Positions 21,959 through 32,491 of a stretch of DNA of 64,000 nucleotides are shown one piece after another. Within the stretch, counting starts at the first letter, position 1; every line of letters begins with the position of its first letter. Under the pieces are notes generated by a model that was given only the letters and a program-made list of their open reading frames with translations, had not been told where the DNA came from and made no database searches. The position numbers and the translations under genes were made by a program. The DNA comes from an uncultured delta proteobacterium (lineage in GTDB: Bacteria > Desulfobacterota > Desulfomonilia > UBA1062). Where the stretch lies: NCBI GenBank assembly GCA_963785235.1, contig CAWAUM010000001.1, forward strand, positions 736,001 through 800,000, given 5' to 3'.

Positions 21959-23392
21959 ATGGTAGATGGTCCTGACATGAAAAAGCAAGACCCCCTGGGG
22001 ATTCGGCCCCCCATTGAAGCTAATCCCCTCACCACCGGAAGGACATGGGGCACCATGTGGCGCCTTACCTGGCCTATGCTGCTCATCATGGTCCTCAACT
22101 TCTTTGTGGGTTTCACTGATATTTATGTGGCCGGGCTCATCAGCAGTGATGTTCAGGCTGCCATTGGATACGTTTCGCAACTTTATTTTCTCTTTATTAT
22201 CCTGGGAAATGCCATCAGCATCGGTACAGTGGCCCTGGTATCGAGGGCCTTTGGGGCACTGGAGTTTGAGAAGGCCTCATCTTATGTAAAACAGTCGCTG
22301 ATCTTCGGCCTTATGGTTGCCCTTCTTCTCATGATAGTCGGTATTCTCTTTCATGAGCCCATTATCAGGATTGCAGGCTTTCCTCTTAGGATAAGAACCA
22401 TTGCGGAGACATTTTTTGTTATTTTTTCCTTTGCCCTGGGTTCGAATTATATCCTTATCATCAGCTCGGGGATCTTCCGCGCAAGCGCAGAGGTTATGAA
22501 GCCCCTAATTGCCATGTCCGTGTTCTGTTTCATCAACATAGTGCTGGATTTTGCCCTGGTGTTCGGTTGGGGACTAATTCCCGCCCTGGGATATAAGGGG
22601 ATCGGTTATTCCACGGCCATAGCCGCTACCGTGAGCATGGTGGTAAGCATCCTGTTCTTCTTTACCGGCAGGTGGAGAAAACTATTGAGAGGAGTCTGGG
22701 GTATAGAGGGCCGTACGATTATTCAGATAATAAGGCTCGGCTGGCCGGCAGGATTGCTCCAGGTGGCATGGAACGCGGGGAGCATCATTCTCTACCATAT
22801 CCTTTCCGGCCTCGGCAGCCAGAGCATTACTGCACTGGCCTCCATCACCAATGGACTCAGGATTGAGGCGATAATCTTCATGCCTGCCTTTGCCATGAAC
22901 ATGACCGCTTCAGTCCTGGTAGGTCAGAACCTCGGCGCAGGTAAACCCCAAAGGGCTGCCAGGCTTGGGTGGAAAATAGCCTTTACCGCCATGGTCACGT
23001 TGAGTCTGCTGTCCTGCGTAATCTATATGGGGGCTGATTTCTTTGCCTCGCTCCTTGCCAGCGACCCTGCTGTGCTCAAGGAAACAGCCAGATACCTGAG
23101 GGTGAACATGTTTTCAGAGCCGTTTATGGCCTTGAGTCTGGTGCTTGGCGGGGCCCTGCAGGGGGCGGGCGACACCAAGGGAAATATGTGGGTCATCATT
23201 TTCTGCATGTGGGTCATACGGCTGCCGCTTGCCTTTGTTCTGGCAATACCGCTTGAATTCGGTGCCTTGGGGGTATGGATGGCCATGGTCGTGTCCATGG
23301 TGTTCCAGGGTTTGCTCATGGCAATGAGATTTTACCGGGGCAGGTGGAAGACATTGAAGATAGACGGGTTGGCGACGCGTGAGCAGGGATGA
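21959..23392 (+). CDS. MATE family efflux transporter
   Basis: About 12 TM segments, VGQNLGAG, GALQGAGDT. Confidence 0.9.
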   Translation: MVDGPDMKKQDPLGIRPPIEANPLTTGRTWGTMWRLTWPMLLIMVLNFFVGFTDIYVAGLISSDVQAAIGYVSQLYFLFIILGNAISIGTVALVSRAFGALEFEKASSYVKQSLIFGLMVALLLMIVGILFHEPIIRIAGFPLRIRTIAETFFVIFSFALGSNYILIISSGIFRASAEVMKPLIAMSVFCFINIVLDFALVFGWGLIPALGYKGIGYSTAIAATVSMVVSILFFFTGRWRKLLRGVWGIEGRTIIQIIRLGWPAGLLQVAWNAGSIILYHILSGLGSQSITALASITNGLRIEAIIFMPAFAMNMTASVLVGQNLGAGKPQRAARLGWKIAFTAMVTLSLLSCVIYMGADFFASLLASDPAVLKETARYLRVNMFSEPFMALSLVLGGALQGAGDTKGNMWVIIFCMWVIRLPLAFVLAIPLEFGALGVWMAMVVSMVFQGLLMAMRFYRGRWKTLKIDGLATREQG

Positions 23393-23435
23393 GATCTGCT
23401 GCCCGGTTTTAGCCTTGGTGTTTTTTCGTTCCTCG

Positions 23436-24203
23436 TTAGATCTTCTTCAGAAAGGCATCGATCACATCATATGAAGACCTGCTGAGTCGAGTCATCTTGC
23501 CGGGTACTGTCACCAATGTTCCATCCTTTATCAGCTCTTCCATGGCCATGCCGGTGATGAGCTTATTATGGTCCCAGCGCATGAGCTTATGAGGATATGA
23601 ATTTCTGAGGAGATCGGTGAAGCATACTATATGGTTTTCAGATGAGGAGTTTGTACCTTCCACCTCGATTTCATAGTGGAGTATGCTGCAACCGGAGATA
23701 CTGTAGCTGACTTCATCCAGGGCAAGCTCGGCAATGGTTTCTCTTCTATCTACAGATGAAACATCTAGCACGAGTCTTATTGTCTTTCTTGACTGAACAG
23801 GGAAAAGGCCCAGGCGGGCAAGGCATTGCGTAGGTGAATCCACATGGGATGGGACCTCGATGGGGCTTGTGGGTGGAGCCTGTATGATGCGGGCTGCATG
23901 GTCCAGGCATTGCACTGACCAGGGAAACTCCAGTTCTTCCCTTACCGCAGCACCGGTAGCCTGTATGCGCTCGCCCTGTTTGATACAGAAGATCACCGAG
24001 CCTGCCGTGTCCCTGGTCCTCAGGGCGATCCCCCTTCCTGAGAGCGAACGTTCCAAGGTGTCAAAATAGGTGTCCGTGAAGACCTTCATACCCCGGGAGG
24101 CGAGGCGGTAAGGGCCAATGACCTCATGAGTGGATAATTCTTCCATGAGGTTTTGAGGCTCGTCTCCCAGTACGACAAGGGTGGTCTCCATCTCTGTGGC
24201 CAT
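23436..24203 (-). CDS. CYTH domain protein
   Basis: EMETT, DTYFDT...LRTR, REELE, ELALDEV, EIEVE. Confidence 0.75.
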   Translation of the reverse strand: MATEMETTLVVLGDEPQNLMEELSTHEVIGPYRLASRGMKVFTDTYFDTLERSLSGRGIALRTRDTAGSVIFCIKQGERIQATGAAVREELEFPWSVQCLDHAARIIQAPPTSPIEVPSHVDSPTQCLARLGLFPVQSRKTIRLVLDVSSVDRRETIAELALDEVSYSISGCSILHYEIEVEGTNSSSENHIVCFTDLLRNSYPHKLMRWDHNKLITGMAMEELIKDGTLVTVPGKMTRLSRSSYDVIDAFLKKI

Positions 24204-24396
24204 GAGAGGATATAAGCACGAATGCCTCATACGATGCAACCGGGGTTGCCATGAATAGGATAATGGGGTTATGTGTTTCTGGACAAACACATGGCAGGCA
24301 ATTACTATAACACATACATATGTATAGAAGCTCTCACAACCTGAAGAATGTACCGGTCATGTCCGGTTATAGCCGTGTTTTTGCGGAGGATGTATC

Positions 24397-25725
24397 ATGG
24401 TCGAGAAGGTCATCATCATGGGTGCGGCAGGCAGGGATTTTCACAACTTCAATACCTATTTCAAGGACAATCCGCGCTACCGGGTTGTAGCTTTCACTGC
24501 AGCACAGATACCTGATATCGAACAGAGATCCTATCCTGAACAGCTTGCAGGAGAACTTTACCCAAAGGGTATCCCCATTTATCCCGAGACCATGCTCTCA
24601 AGGCTTATTACGGATAATCAGGTGGACCTGGTGGCCTTCTCCTACAGCGATGTCCCGTATGTGGAGCTCATGCACAAGGCATCCATCGCTATGGCCTGCG
24701 GGGCCGATTTCATTATGATTGCTGCCAGTTACACCATGCTCAAGGCCCACAAGCCCGTGGTGGCAGTGTGCGCTGTCCGGACCGGCTGTGGAAAGTCGCA
24801 GACCACGCGTAAGGTTTGCACAATCCTGAGAGAGATCGGCAAGAAGGTAGTGGTGGTCCGCCACCCCATGCCTTATGGAGACCTTCTGGCCCAGGAGGTA
24901 CAGAGATTCTCCGCATATGAGGATTTTGCTCGCCACAAGTGCACCATTGAGGAGCGTGAGGAATATGAGCCCATTGTAGACCAGGGTATCGTGGTCTATG
25001 CAGGTGTCGATTACGGCAAGATCCTTGCAAGGGCCCAGGAAGAGGCAGATATCATTGTCTGGGATGGAGGCAACAATGACACCCCTTTCTACCGGCCTGA
25101 CGTGCATATAGTACTCTTTGATCCGCACCGGAGCGGTCATGAACTGCTGTACTACCCGGGCGAGACAAACATGCGCATGGCAAAGATCGCCATCATCAAC
25201 AAGGTGGACAGTGCAGAACCCTCTCAGGTGGAGCAGATAAGGTCAAACATCGAGAGATGTAATCCACAGGCAAGCATTATCCTGGCCTCTTCTCCCGTTA
25301 TCGTGAACGAGCCGGAACGCCTCAGGGGTATGCGGGTACTGGTGGTGGAGGACGGGCCGACGCTTACCCACGGAGGGATGACCTTTGGCGCAGGCCTCAT
25401 AGCCGCTCAAACATTCAAGGCCCTGGAGATTGTTGATCCCAGGCCTTATGCGGCGGGCTCAATCAGTGACACGTATAGGACATATCCCCATATCGGCCCG
25501 GTACTGCCTGCCATGGGCTACAGTACAGAGCAGATCAGGGATCTTGAAGAAACCATTAACGCCTCTGATTGTGACCTCGTACTCTTTGCCACCCCCATCC
25601 AGCTCACCAGAATCGTGTCCATCAACAAGCCCGCAATCCGCGTACGATATGAGTATGAGGACAACGGGAGTCCTACCTTGCAGGATGTCCTTCTGGGTGA
25701 GCTTAAGGGAAGGGGGCTTATCTAA
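24397..25725 (+). CDS. Cyclic 2,3-diphosphoglycerate synthase-like P-loop protein (COG2403), probable arginine synthetase ArcE
   Basis: IMGAAGRDFHNFN, AVRTGCGKSQT, VRHPMPYG, WDGGNND, VEDGPTLTHG; directly upstream of carbamate kinase. Confidence 0.75.
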   Translation: MVEKVIIMGAAGRDFHNFNTYFKDNPRYRVVAFTAAQIPDIEQRSYPEQLAGELYPKGIPIYPETMLSRLITDNQVDLVAFSYSDVPYVELMHKASIAMACGADFIMIAASYTMLKAHKPVVAVCAVRTGCGKSQTTRKVCTILREIGKKVVVVRHPMPYGDLLAQEVQRFSAYEDFARHKCTIEEREEYEPIVDQGIVVYAGVDYGKILARAQEEADIIVWDGGNNDTPFYRPDVHIVLFDPHRSGHELLYYPGETNMRMAKIAIINKVDSAEPSQVEQIRSNIERCNPQASIILASSPVIVNEPERLRGMRVLVVEDGPTLTHGGMTFGAGLIAAQTFKALEIVDPRPYAAGSISDTYRTYPHIGPVLPAMGYSTEQIRDLEETINASDCDLVLFATPIQLTRIVSINKPAIRVRYEYEDNGSPTLQDVLLGELKGRGLI

Positions 25726-25747
25726 TGGATAAAAAGAGGTGTGAGAA

Positions 25748-26704
25748 ATGGCGTCGGTGAGTGAGCAGGATAATCGGAGCAAACCCATATTGCTTGTAGC
25801 CTTAGGCGGCAATGCCCTGATCAGAAAAGGGCAGCAAGGGACTATTGAGGAGCAGTTCGAGAACCTCAAGGTCCCCATCAGCCAGATTGCGAGGCTTACC
25901 AGGGATTACCGCATCATCATAACCCATGGAAACGGTCCCCAGGTTGGCAACCTCCTGCTCCAGCAGGAGTGTTGCAATGATGTGCCCAAGATGCCGCTAG
26001 AGATCCTGGTGGCGCAGACCCAGGGAGCCATCGGTTACATGATCGAATCCACGCTGGACAGCGAGCTCATGCGCCAGGGCATCGCCACCAGCAAGCCCCT
26101 GGTGAGCCTTATCAGTTATGTGGTGGTTGATGAAAACAGCCAGGCCTTCAGGAATCCCACCAAGCCCATAGGCCCGGGCTTCACTGAGGAAAGGGCTGCC
26201 ATGTTGCCCTACATGACCAGGAAGACCGATAATGGTTTTCGCAGGGTGGTGGCATCCCCTGAGCCGGTAACCATTGTGGAAAAGAATGAGATCATGAGGC
26301 TTATCGAGATGGATTTCGTGGTCATCTGCTGCGGAGGGGGAGGGATACCGGTTGTACGGGAGGGTAGGTCATTTGCCGGCGTAGACGCGGTCATAGACAA
26401 AGATCTGGCCAGTGCCAAGCTTGCCTGCGAGGTGGGTGTGGACACGTTCATCATCGCAACCGATGTGAAGGGTGTTGCCATCAACTATGAAAAGGAAAAT
26501 CGGCAATTTCTTAGAACCCTCACCCTGGATCAGGCCAGGCAGTATGAAGGGCAGCTGCACTTTTCCCAAGGGTCCATGCTGCCCAAGGTCCAGGCCGCAA
26601 CGGCCTTTCTTCGCTCAGGGGGCAGGAGGACAGTCATAACCTCCATGGAGACCATCGAAGATGCAGTGGCAGGCCGGGCCGGTACTGAGATCATCCGGGA
26701 ATAA
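25748..26704 (+). CDS. arcC: Carbamate kinase
   Basis: VALGGNAL, THGNGPQVG, NPTKPIG, RRVVASP, GGGGIPV, AVIDKD, GSMLPKV. Confidence 0.95.
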   Translation: MASVSEQDNRSKPILLVALGGNALIRKGQQGTIEEQFENLKVPISQIARLTRDYRIIITHGNGPQVGNLLLQQECCNDVPKMPLEILVAQTQGAIGYMIESTLDSELMRQGIATSKPLVSLISYVVVDENSQAFRNPTKPIGPGFTEERAAMLPYMTRKTDNGFRRVVASPEPVTIVEKNEIMRLIEMDFVVICCGGGGIPVVREGRSFAGVDAVIDKDLASAKLACEVGVDTFIIATDVKGVAINYEKENRQFLRTLTLDQARQYEGQLHFSQGSMLPKVQAATAFLRSGGRRTVITSMETIEDAVAGRAGTEIIRE

Positions 26705-26782
26705 CGAGTACTCCCTACAAGGGAATCATTACTCTTGTATTAGAAACATAATGTTTTATTGTGAAAATGTAGCTCATCCAAG

Positions 26783-27439
26783 TCATAGGATTGATGCTTC
26801 AGGAAACATCATTAAAAAATTTCGAGCTTTGACTGTACAGAGGATTCGTCCCTGGGTGATATCCGGGAAAAAAGACTCGTCAATAGTAACTCCTGTCAGC
26901 TTTGCAAAAGATAGTGCCCCACGTGCTTTGGGCGTGGTTAGGTAAGTTTTTTCTTTATAATGATGGGCTAAGGTATGAAGGCCTGAAGGAACCAGCGTGG
27001 TAGTACATGGGATTGAGCAGGGACAGGAGTTGAAACTCAACTCAGCAAAGAGATGGTTGTCCTTTCTGATTCGGACGCAGTCAATGGAATTCTTTTCAAC
27101 AAATTCAAAATCTGCATACTCTTTAGGAATCCCCCAATTGTTCTGTCCATTCATGACACTCTTAGTCGTGGAAACATAGATCTTAGTGATGGAAAAATAG
27201 TTTTTGTTGTGAAATGAGAACATGCCGGGAATAAACAGAAGCTCTTGATAAGGCCCCACATCGGATGAAATATAGTCTACATACATGATAATGCCCATGC
27301 CGCCCGCGAAAGATCTTTCGAGAGTTTCTGGTATGAATCCTTTTTCTTCAATGAACTTACGCTGAAACTTTACAAGAATTATATACCCACTTCCCACTAA
27401 CGACCAAGGGGCAGGGACATCAATCGATCCTTCTCCCAT
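26783..27439 (-). CDS. Acetoacetate decarboxylase-like family protein
   Basis: PAPWSL.G, SDVGPYQELLFIPG, GQNNWGIPK. Confidence 0.7.
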   Translation of the reverse strand: MGEGSIDVPAPWSLVGSGYIILVKFQRKFIEEKGFIPETLERSFAGGMGIIMYVDYISSDVGPYQELLFIPGMFSFHNKNYFSITKIYVSTTKSVMNGQNNWGIPKEYADFEFVEKNSIDCVRIRKDNHLFAELSFNSCPCSIPCTTTLVPSGLHTLAHHYKEKTYLTTPKARGALSFAKLTGVTIDESFFPDITQGRILCTVKARNFLMMFPEASIL

Positions 27440-27533
27440 AGTTCTCTCTTCATCAGAATAGTATATGATTGGTGAAAAAAATTCCTCACATTGTCAGTTG
27501 GTTGTGTTTTGTTCTGTCAAGCCTACCTGCAGT

Positions 27534-28637
27534 TTATCCGGTGCGCATCCTCAGTCCCCGCTCCACGGTCACCACGAAGTCCTGTACGTTCGTCAGAATG
27601 GACCTTGCAGTCAGCGATCCCCGGTTGGCGAGCTTGTTCACGGCAAACTCCGACATGTCCACCGTGTAGAAATACACGGGCCTTACGGTCCCGTCGGACT
27701 CAACCCGGTAGGAAGGGGCCATGTTTCCTGTTGCAATGGCATGGAGCTGGGTGGCCATGGCTATGACCGTGGTGGCCTTTTTTGTTATGGCGCGCATGCT
27801 GTCCTGGGCGGCATAGGCATCGCGGGTTACCTCGGGAAGCGGGCCATCGTCCCTTATGGAGCTTGCCAGTACAAAGGGGACGCCTTTTTGGATCACTGCC
27901 CTCATGACCCCGTCTTTGATGATCCCCTGGTCTATGGCAGTCTTCAAAGAGCCGAGCCTGCGGATGGCATTGATGGCATCCAGGTGGTGGTAGTGGCCGA
28001 GAGGCACGGTGCGTTTGGTATAGATATCCTGGCCGAGCCCGGTGGAGAACAGGGAGGCCTCAACATCATGGGTGGCCAGGGCATTTCCGGCGAGCAGCGC
28101 ATGTACATAGCCCCTGCTCACAAGCTCTGCAAAGGCGTTTCTTGCGTCCCTGTCAAAGACCACTGCAGGCCCAAGCACCCAGACGATGAAGCCCTGGTCC
28201 CGCTCATACTCCAACAGGTCGTAGAGCTCATCGTAATCGATGGAAAAAGACGTCTCCCTGGTGATGCGGCTTCTGAATGCGAATTTTTCGCTTGCAGCAT
28301 CCATGAAGTCAAAGGCCCGGATATGGACAAAGATCCCGTCTTCGCCGTTCTCATGCCTGCCGCAGGCTATCTTGTCTCCGCCCTTGATATTCCGGAATTC
28401 TTTGACGGTTAAGGAATCGTTATCTTCCAGCACTGCAACGCAGTCCATGCGGGATTCCCTGGGCAGGATCCACTGGCCCTTTCTGATGTGAAAATATTCC
28501 GGATAGATGGATGTGGCGTGATAATTATCAGGTGCTACACCGTCTTTTTCCGCCCTGATGAACGTTGCTGTGGGCGCTCCGGAAAATTCACTGCTGCTGA
28601 AATCAGGATGCATATACATAGGAAGGATAAAAGGCAT
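27534..28637 (-). CDS. LOR/SDH-conserved-domain (TIGR00300-like) protein, probable ornithine cyclodeaminase
   Basis: DGVAPDNYHATS, SRMDC, LAGNALATHD, SIRDDGPLP, LHAIATGNM, KLANRGS. Confidence 0.75.
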   Translation of the reverse strand: MPFILPMYMHPDFSSSEFSGAPTATFIRAEKDGVAPDNYHATSIYPEYFHIRKGQWILPRESRMDCVAVLEDNDSLTVKEFRNIKGGDKIACGRHENGEDGIFVHIRAFDFMDAASEKFAFRSRITRETSFSIDYDELYDLLEYERDQGFIVWVLGPAVVFDRDARNAFAELVSRGYVHALLAGNALATHDVEASLFSTGLGQDIYTKRTVPLGHYHHLDAINAIRRLGSLKTAIDQGIIKDGVMRAVIQKGVPFVLASSIRDDGPLPEVTRDAYAAQDSMRAITKKATTVIAMATQLHAIATGNMAPSYRVESDGTVRPVYFYTVDMSEFAVNKLANRGSLTARSILTNVQDFVVTVERGLRMRTG

Positions 28638-29296
28638 ATCTCACCTCCTCATTATTGAAAATAGTACTGTGCAATCCTTGCCAGTCAAGTCTAGATGAAG
28701 TGCAGGATACCTGTCAAAGGCATTTGGATGCCTTTGGCTCAAACTGTAACTTAATCAGTGGTGGATATCTTCTTGATGAAGACCGAAATCCCGATAAGGA
28801 CACAACCTGTAACGAACATGCTGATCATTTCATAGCCCTCGCGTTTTATGCCAAGGCACGAGCCTGGCGGATATACCAAAAGTTCCCATTATTATGGGTA
28901 TAGGTGCACTATCAATCCTGGACGAATACGGGTTTACCGATATCAGCTCAAGGAAAAACCTGCATATTCTGCAGGTGCTGGAGTCACATAAAGAACTTTA
29001 GAGAATAAATCAAGAACAAAATTAATTTAAGGAGTTGGCAGGAAAATAAGGGTTTATTTGTTTTTCAAAGTCCACGAGGTAAAAGCAAGATTTCACTACA
29101 AATCTCTTAACTCACAGGTTGATACCGCATATTGATATGTATCTTGTCGGACACAATGAAATGAGCCATGCAGCCTGGAAAGCCAACATGACGATAGCAT
29201 AGTATGCCCTATAAATGGTATAAAGCTTAAGGCAGGCAGCTATTTCATAAATCAGCAGTGAAAACGTTTGCGATAAATAAAAGGAGGATTCAAAGC

Positions 29297-29569
29297 ATGA
29301 CAAAGTCAGATTTGGTGGATATCCTGGCAAGGAAAACGGACATAACCAAGACAAGCGCGGTAGAGGCAATTGATGTATTCACCCAGACAATTGCCGATGC
29401 ACTGAAGAAAGGCGATAAGGTCACCCTGATAGGTTTCGGGACATTCGACGTTGCACACAGAGCTGCCAGAGAAGGAGTGAACCCCCAGACCAGGCAGAAG
29501 ATTAAGATCAAAGCCAGCAAGGCCCCAAGGTTCAAAGCAGGAAAAGCATTGAAGGACGCGGTCAATTAA
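29297..29569 (+). CDS. hup: DNA-binding protein HU
   Basis: MTKSDLVD, GFGTF, GVNPQT, PRFKAGKALKDAVN; AGGAGG RBS. Confidence 0.95.
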   Translation: MTKSDLVDILARKTDITKTSAVEAIDVFTQTIADALKKGDKVTLIGFGTFDVAHRAAREGVNPQTRQKIKIKASKAPRFKAGKALKDAVN

Positions 29570-29593
29570 GAGGACCATACCCTTCCTGACTAT

Positions 29594-29648
29594 AGAGGGC
29601 CACAAGCCAAGACAAGGGGCTTGGCTGTGGCACTCTAGTGTTTATTTT
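29594..29648 (+). terminator. Hairpin terminator after hup
   Basis: TAGAGGGCCACAAGCCAAG / CTTGGCTGTGGCACTCTA stem followed by a T-rich tract. Confidence 0.55.
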
Positions 29649-29738
29649 GTGATCCTCAAAAGTGGAAAATACCGGATAATCTCAGAATTGAAGAGATACT
29701 AAGAATCAATTGCAATTCATAGATTAGCTTTAGAAAAG

Positions 29739-29823
29739 TGCCCGAGGCCGGACTTGAACCGGCACAGAACTAAGTTCCGAGGGATTTTAAGTCCCTTGCG
29801 TCTACCAATTCCGCCACTCGGGC
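29739..29823 (-). tRNA. tRNA-Leu (TAA)
   Basis: GCCCGAG acceptor stem, AGGGA-CTTAAAA-TCCCT anticodon arm, long variable arm, GTTCAAG T-loop; CCA not encoded. Confidence 0.95.
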
Positions 29824-29992
29824 AGGCAAGAGTGGATGTAAACGCATCGCATAAGTCCTGTCAAGCATCTCCTCATCTTTTTTTCGTTTCTCTTCATGAA
29901 TAGGCATTCTTGTGATATTGCCATAAATCAATAGGGAATTGTTACAAACTTATGAGTAGGGGCATAGAGATGCAACTTGAAAGGAGAATGGT

Positions 29993-31600
29993 ATGGTGAA
30001 GGTGACCTGCCTTGGTGCTGCCGGGACTGTTACTGGTTCGAATTTCCTTGTAGAGACTACATCGGGTAAGAGGTTCCTGGTGGATTGTGGTATGTTCCAG
30101 GGTGGCAAAAAGATGGAGCTGCGCAACTGGAGGGAGTGGGACTTCGACCCATCGCAGATCAGTGCGGTCTTTCTCACGCACGCCCACATCGACCACAGCG
30201 GCCGTTTGCCAAAGCTGGTAAGGGATGGTTTCAAGGGCAGGATCATCACCACTTTCCCTACAGCCCAGCTCTGTGAGATCATGTTTCTGGACTCGGCCCA
30301 CGTTCAGGAGATGGAGGCCCAGTGGCAGAGCAAGAGGAACAAGCGCAAGGCCCACGAAGAGATCAGGCCGCTCTACACCACGGATGATGCCCGGAACAGC
30401 CTCCAGTACCTCAATCCTGTCAAGGGTGACGAGATCATCAATATAGAGGAGGGGATCCGTATTCGTTTCAAGAATGCAGGTCACATCCTGGGGTCGTCCA
30501 TCCTGGAGATGTGGGTAACTGAGAACAGCCATGAGATAAAGATCGTATTTTCAGGTGACATCGGAAAGGCCAACCAGCTCATCTTAAAGGACCCGGCCGA
30601 GATCTTCAATGCGGATTATCTGTTCGTGGAGTCCACCTATGGCAACCGTGTGCACAAGCCTATGGGAGAGAGCGAGGCCGAGCTGCTCTCGGCCATCGGT
30701 TATGCCTATAAGAATGGCGAGAAGGTTATTATCCCCGCCTTTGCTGTTGAACGTACCCAGGAGGTCCTCTACCTCTTAGGTGAGTTCCAGAGGCAGGGCA
30801 AACTGCCTGACATACCGATTTATCTCGACAGCCCGCTGGCTATCAAGGCCACCGAGATCTTCAAGCGGAATAAACAGGATTATGATGAAGAGGCAACAGC
30901 CATTGTGAAGAACGGCATTGACCCCTTCAGCCTGCCTAATCTCCATTATTGCGAGACCTCAGCCGAGTCCATGGCCATCAACGAACACAATGGCCCGGCC
31001 ATAGTGATTGCCGGAAACGGCATGTGTACGGCAGGGCGTATAAAGCACCACCTCAAGCACAATTTATGGAGGGAAGGTGCGAGCATTGTGATAGTCGGAT
31101 TTCAGGCTAACGGTTCCACCGGCAGGAAGATTGTTGACGGATACGAGTCAGTGAAAATTTTTGGTGACGATGTTGCCGTGAAGGCAAAGGTGTTCACCAT
31201 TGGCGGGTTCTCTGCACATGCAGACCAGAATGACCTTATGGCGTGGGTAGGAAACTTCAGCGAGTCCAGGCCCAAGGTGTTTGTGGTGCATGGTGAGTCT
31301 TTGGTATCCGAGGAATTCGCCCGTCTCATAACTGAAAAGAAAGGGTTTGTTGCCTACGTGCCGCACTGGAGAGAGCGCCTTATCCTCAAGGCCAAGGAAT
31401 TCATCACCCAGGCACCTGCACCTGAAGAAGCGCCAGTGGATACCAAGGCCGACATGCTTACGGTCTTTGCCGATGTTGAACGCCAACTCGCCATTTTAAA
31501 GAAGCGAATTGAAAAGGATGAATACCGTACCCTCATCACTGAAGATGAGATTGACCGGCTCAGATATGTTGAGGAGGAATTGAGCGGGATATTGGTTTAG
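29993..31600 (+). CDS. MBL-fold beta-CASP metallo-hydrolase (RNA-processing type)
   Basis: THAHIDHSG, AGHILGS, FSGDIG, ESTYG, FSAHAD. Confidence 0.92.
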   Translation: MVKVTCLGAAGTVTGSNFLVETTSGKRFLVDCGMFQGGKKMELRNWREWDFDPSQISAVFLTHAHIDHSGRLPKLVRDGFKGRIITTFPTAQLCEIMFLDSAHVQEMEAQWQSKRNKRKAHEEIRPLYTTDDARNSLQYLNPVKGDEIINIEEGIRIRFKNAGHILGSSILEMWVTENSHEIKIVFSGDIGKANQLILKDPAEIFNADYLFVESTYGNRVHKPMGESEAELLSAIGYAYKNGEKVIIPAFAVERTQEVLYLLGEFQRQGKLPDIPIYLDSPLAIKATEIFKRNKQDYDEEATAIVKNGIDPFSLPNLHYCETSAESMAINEHNGPAIVIAGNGMCTAGRIKHHLKHNLWREGASIVIVGFQANGSTGRKIVDGYESVKIFGDDVAVKAKVFTIGGFSAHADQNDLMAWVGNFSESRPKVFVVHGESLVSEEFARLITEKKGFVAYVPHWRERLILKAKEFITQAPAPEEAPVDTKADMLTVFADVERQLAILKKRIEKDEYRTLITEDEIDRLRYVEEELSGILV

Positions 31601-31737
31601 GGAGGATTCCTTCCCCCTTTCTCATATGTGCAGTGGGTTGTTTTGATTTGAAGTTTGGAAAAGACTGAATCCGGAATTGATTAGAGAATGTATCGGCCCC
31701 ATGAATAATGGAAAAAGCATACAAAAAAATCAATACC

Positions 31738-31768
31738 GACCACCCTCGGTAATTTACCGAGGGTGGTC
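31738..31768 (-). terminator. 15-bp perfect hairpin terminator between convergent genes
   Basis: GACCACCCTCGGTAA-T-TTACCGAGGGTGGTC; T-run follows on the minus strand. Confidence 0.7.
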
Positions 31769-31802
31769 TTGGTGCATCGTCAGAAAAATGTTACGAGCTG
31801 TC

Positions 31803-32021
31803 TTACTTAGGTGCGTCAGCTGGAGCCGGGGCTTCAGCAGGGGCTGCTGCGCCGCCTGTTGTTGCGGGCATTGCCTCAGGTGCTGCTGCTTCTGGAGCTG
31901 TCTCTGTTACTGCGGGTGTTTCGGTTGCTGCTTCCTTTTTCTGGCAAGCGGTTATGTTCAACATAAGCCCAAACACGACAACCACAAACAAAACCCATAA
32001 AGAACCCTTCTTCATAGTCAT
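31803..32021 (-). CDS. Small Ala/Pro-rich lipoprotein
   Basis: Lipobox ITAC, low-complexity tail, AGGAG RBS. Confidence 0.7.
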   Translation of the reverse strand: MTMKKGSLWVLFVVVVFGLMLNITACQKKEAATETPAVTETAPEAAAPEAMPATTGGAAAPAEAPAPADAPK

Positions 32022-32491
32022 AATCTCCTATCCTTTTTTATTTCTGCCGATTTTATTCAGCAGGTGGTGTTACATCATACCTCTTGAATCACTTTTCCCT
32101 GTCATGCACATCCTGGTGATCTTTATATCCGCTCCATCCTGCAATTTGCCCTTAGTGCAGGTCAGCTTTCATGTACCGCTATTACCGAGTTTTTCTGTGC
32201 CATGTCAACAGCAACGAGCATAAGGGGATATTTGTATGGTGCATGCACGAAGACAGGTGCACCTGCATCTGCTCTCGATGCATGTTTCGTTGATGCGCTT
32301 CTTCTTGTAGAGTAAGTCTTTCTCTTCCATTGTATTAGTGCATTCCATGCTGCTTTTTTCTTGCATAAACCAGAATAAGTTATTTGTCTACCCCTTTTTA
32401 GCCCTTCTCGCCCACATAAACTCATGTCTAAGTGCTTTCTACTTTTTTCATAATACCAATGCCATCAAAACACAAATAGTAAGAGGGGCTT

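Noticed and set aside
29739-29823. tRNA-Leu as a prophage or island attachment site
   Set aside because: No integrase nearby and no duplicated tRNA 3' end seen in the window
32022-32491. c-di-GMP riboswitch upstream of the small lipoprotein
   Set aside because: GGGCAAA is present on the minus strand but the GNRA/receptor stems and second GCAAA motif are missing
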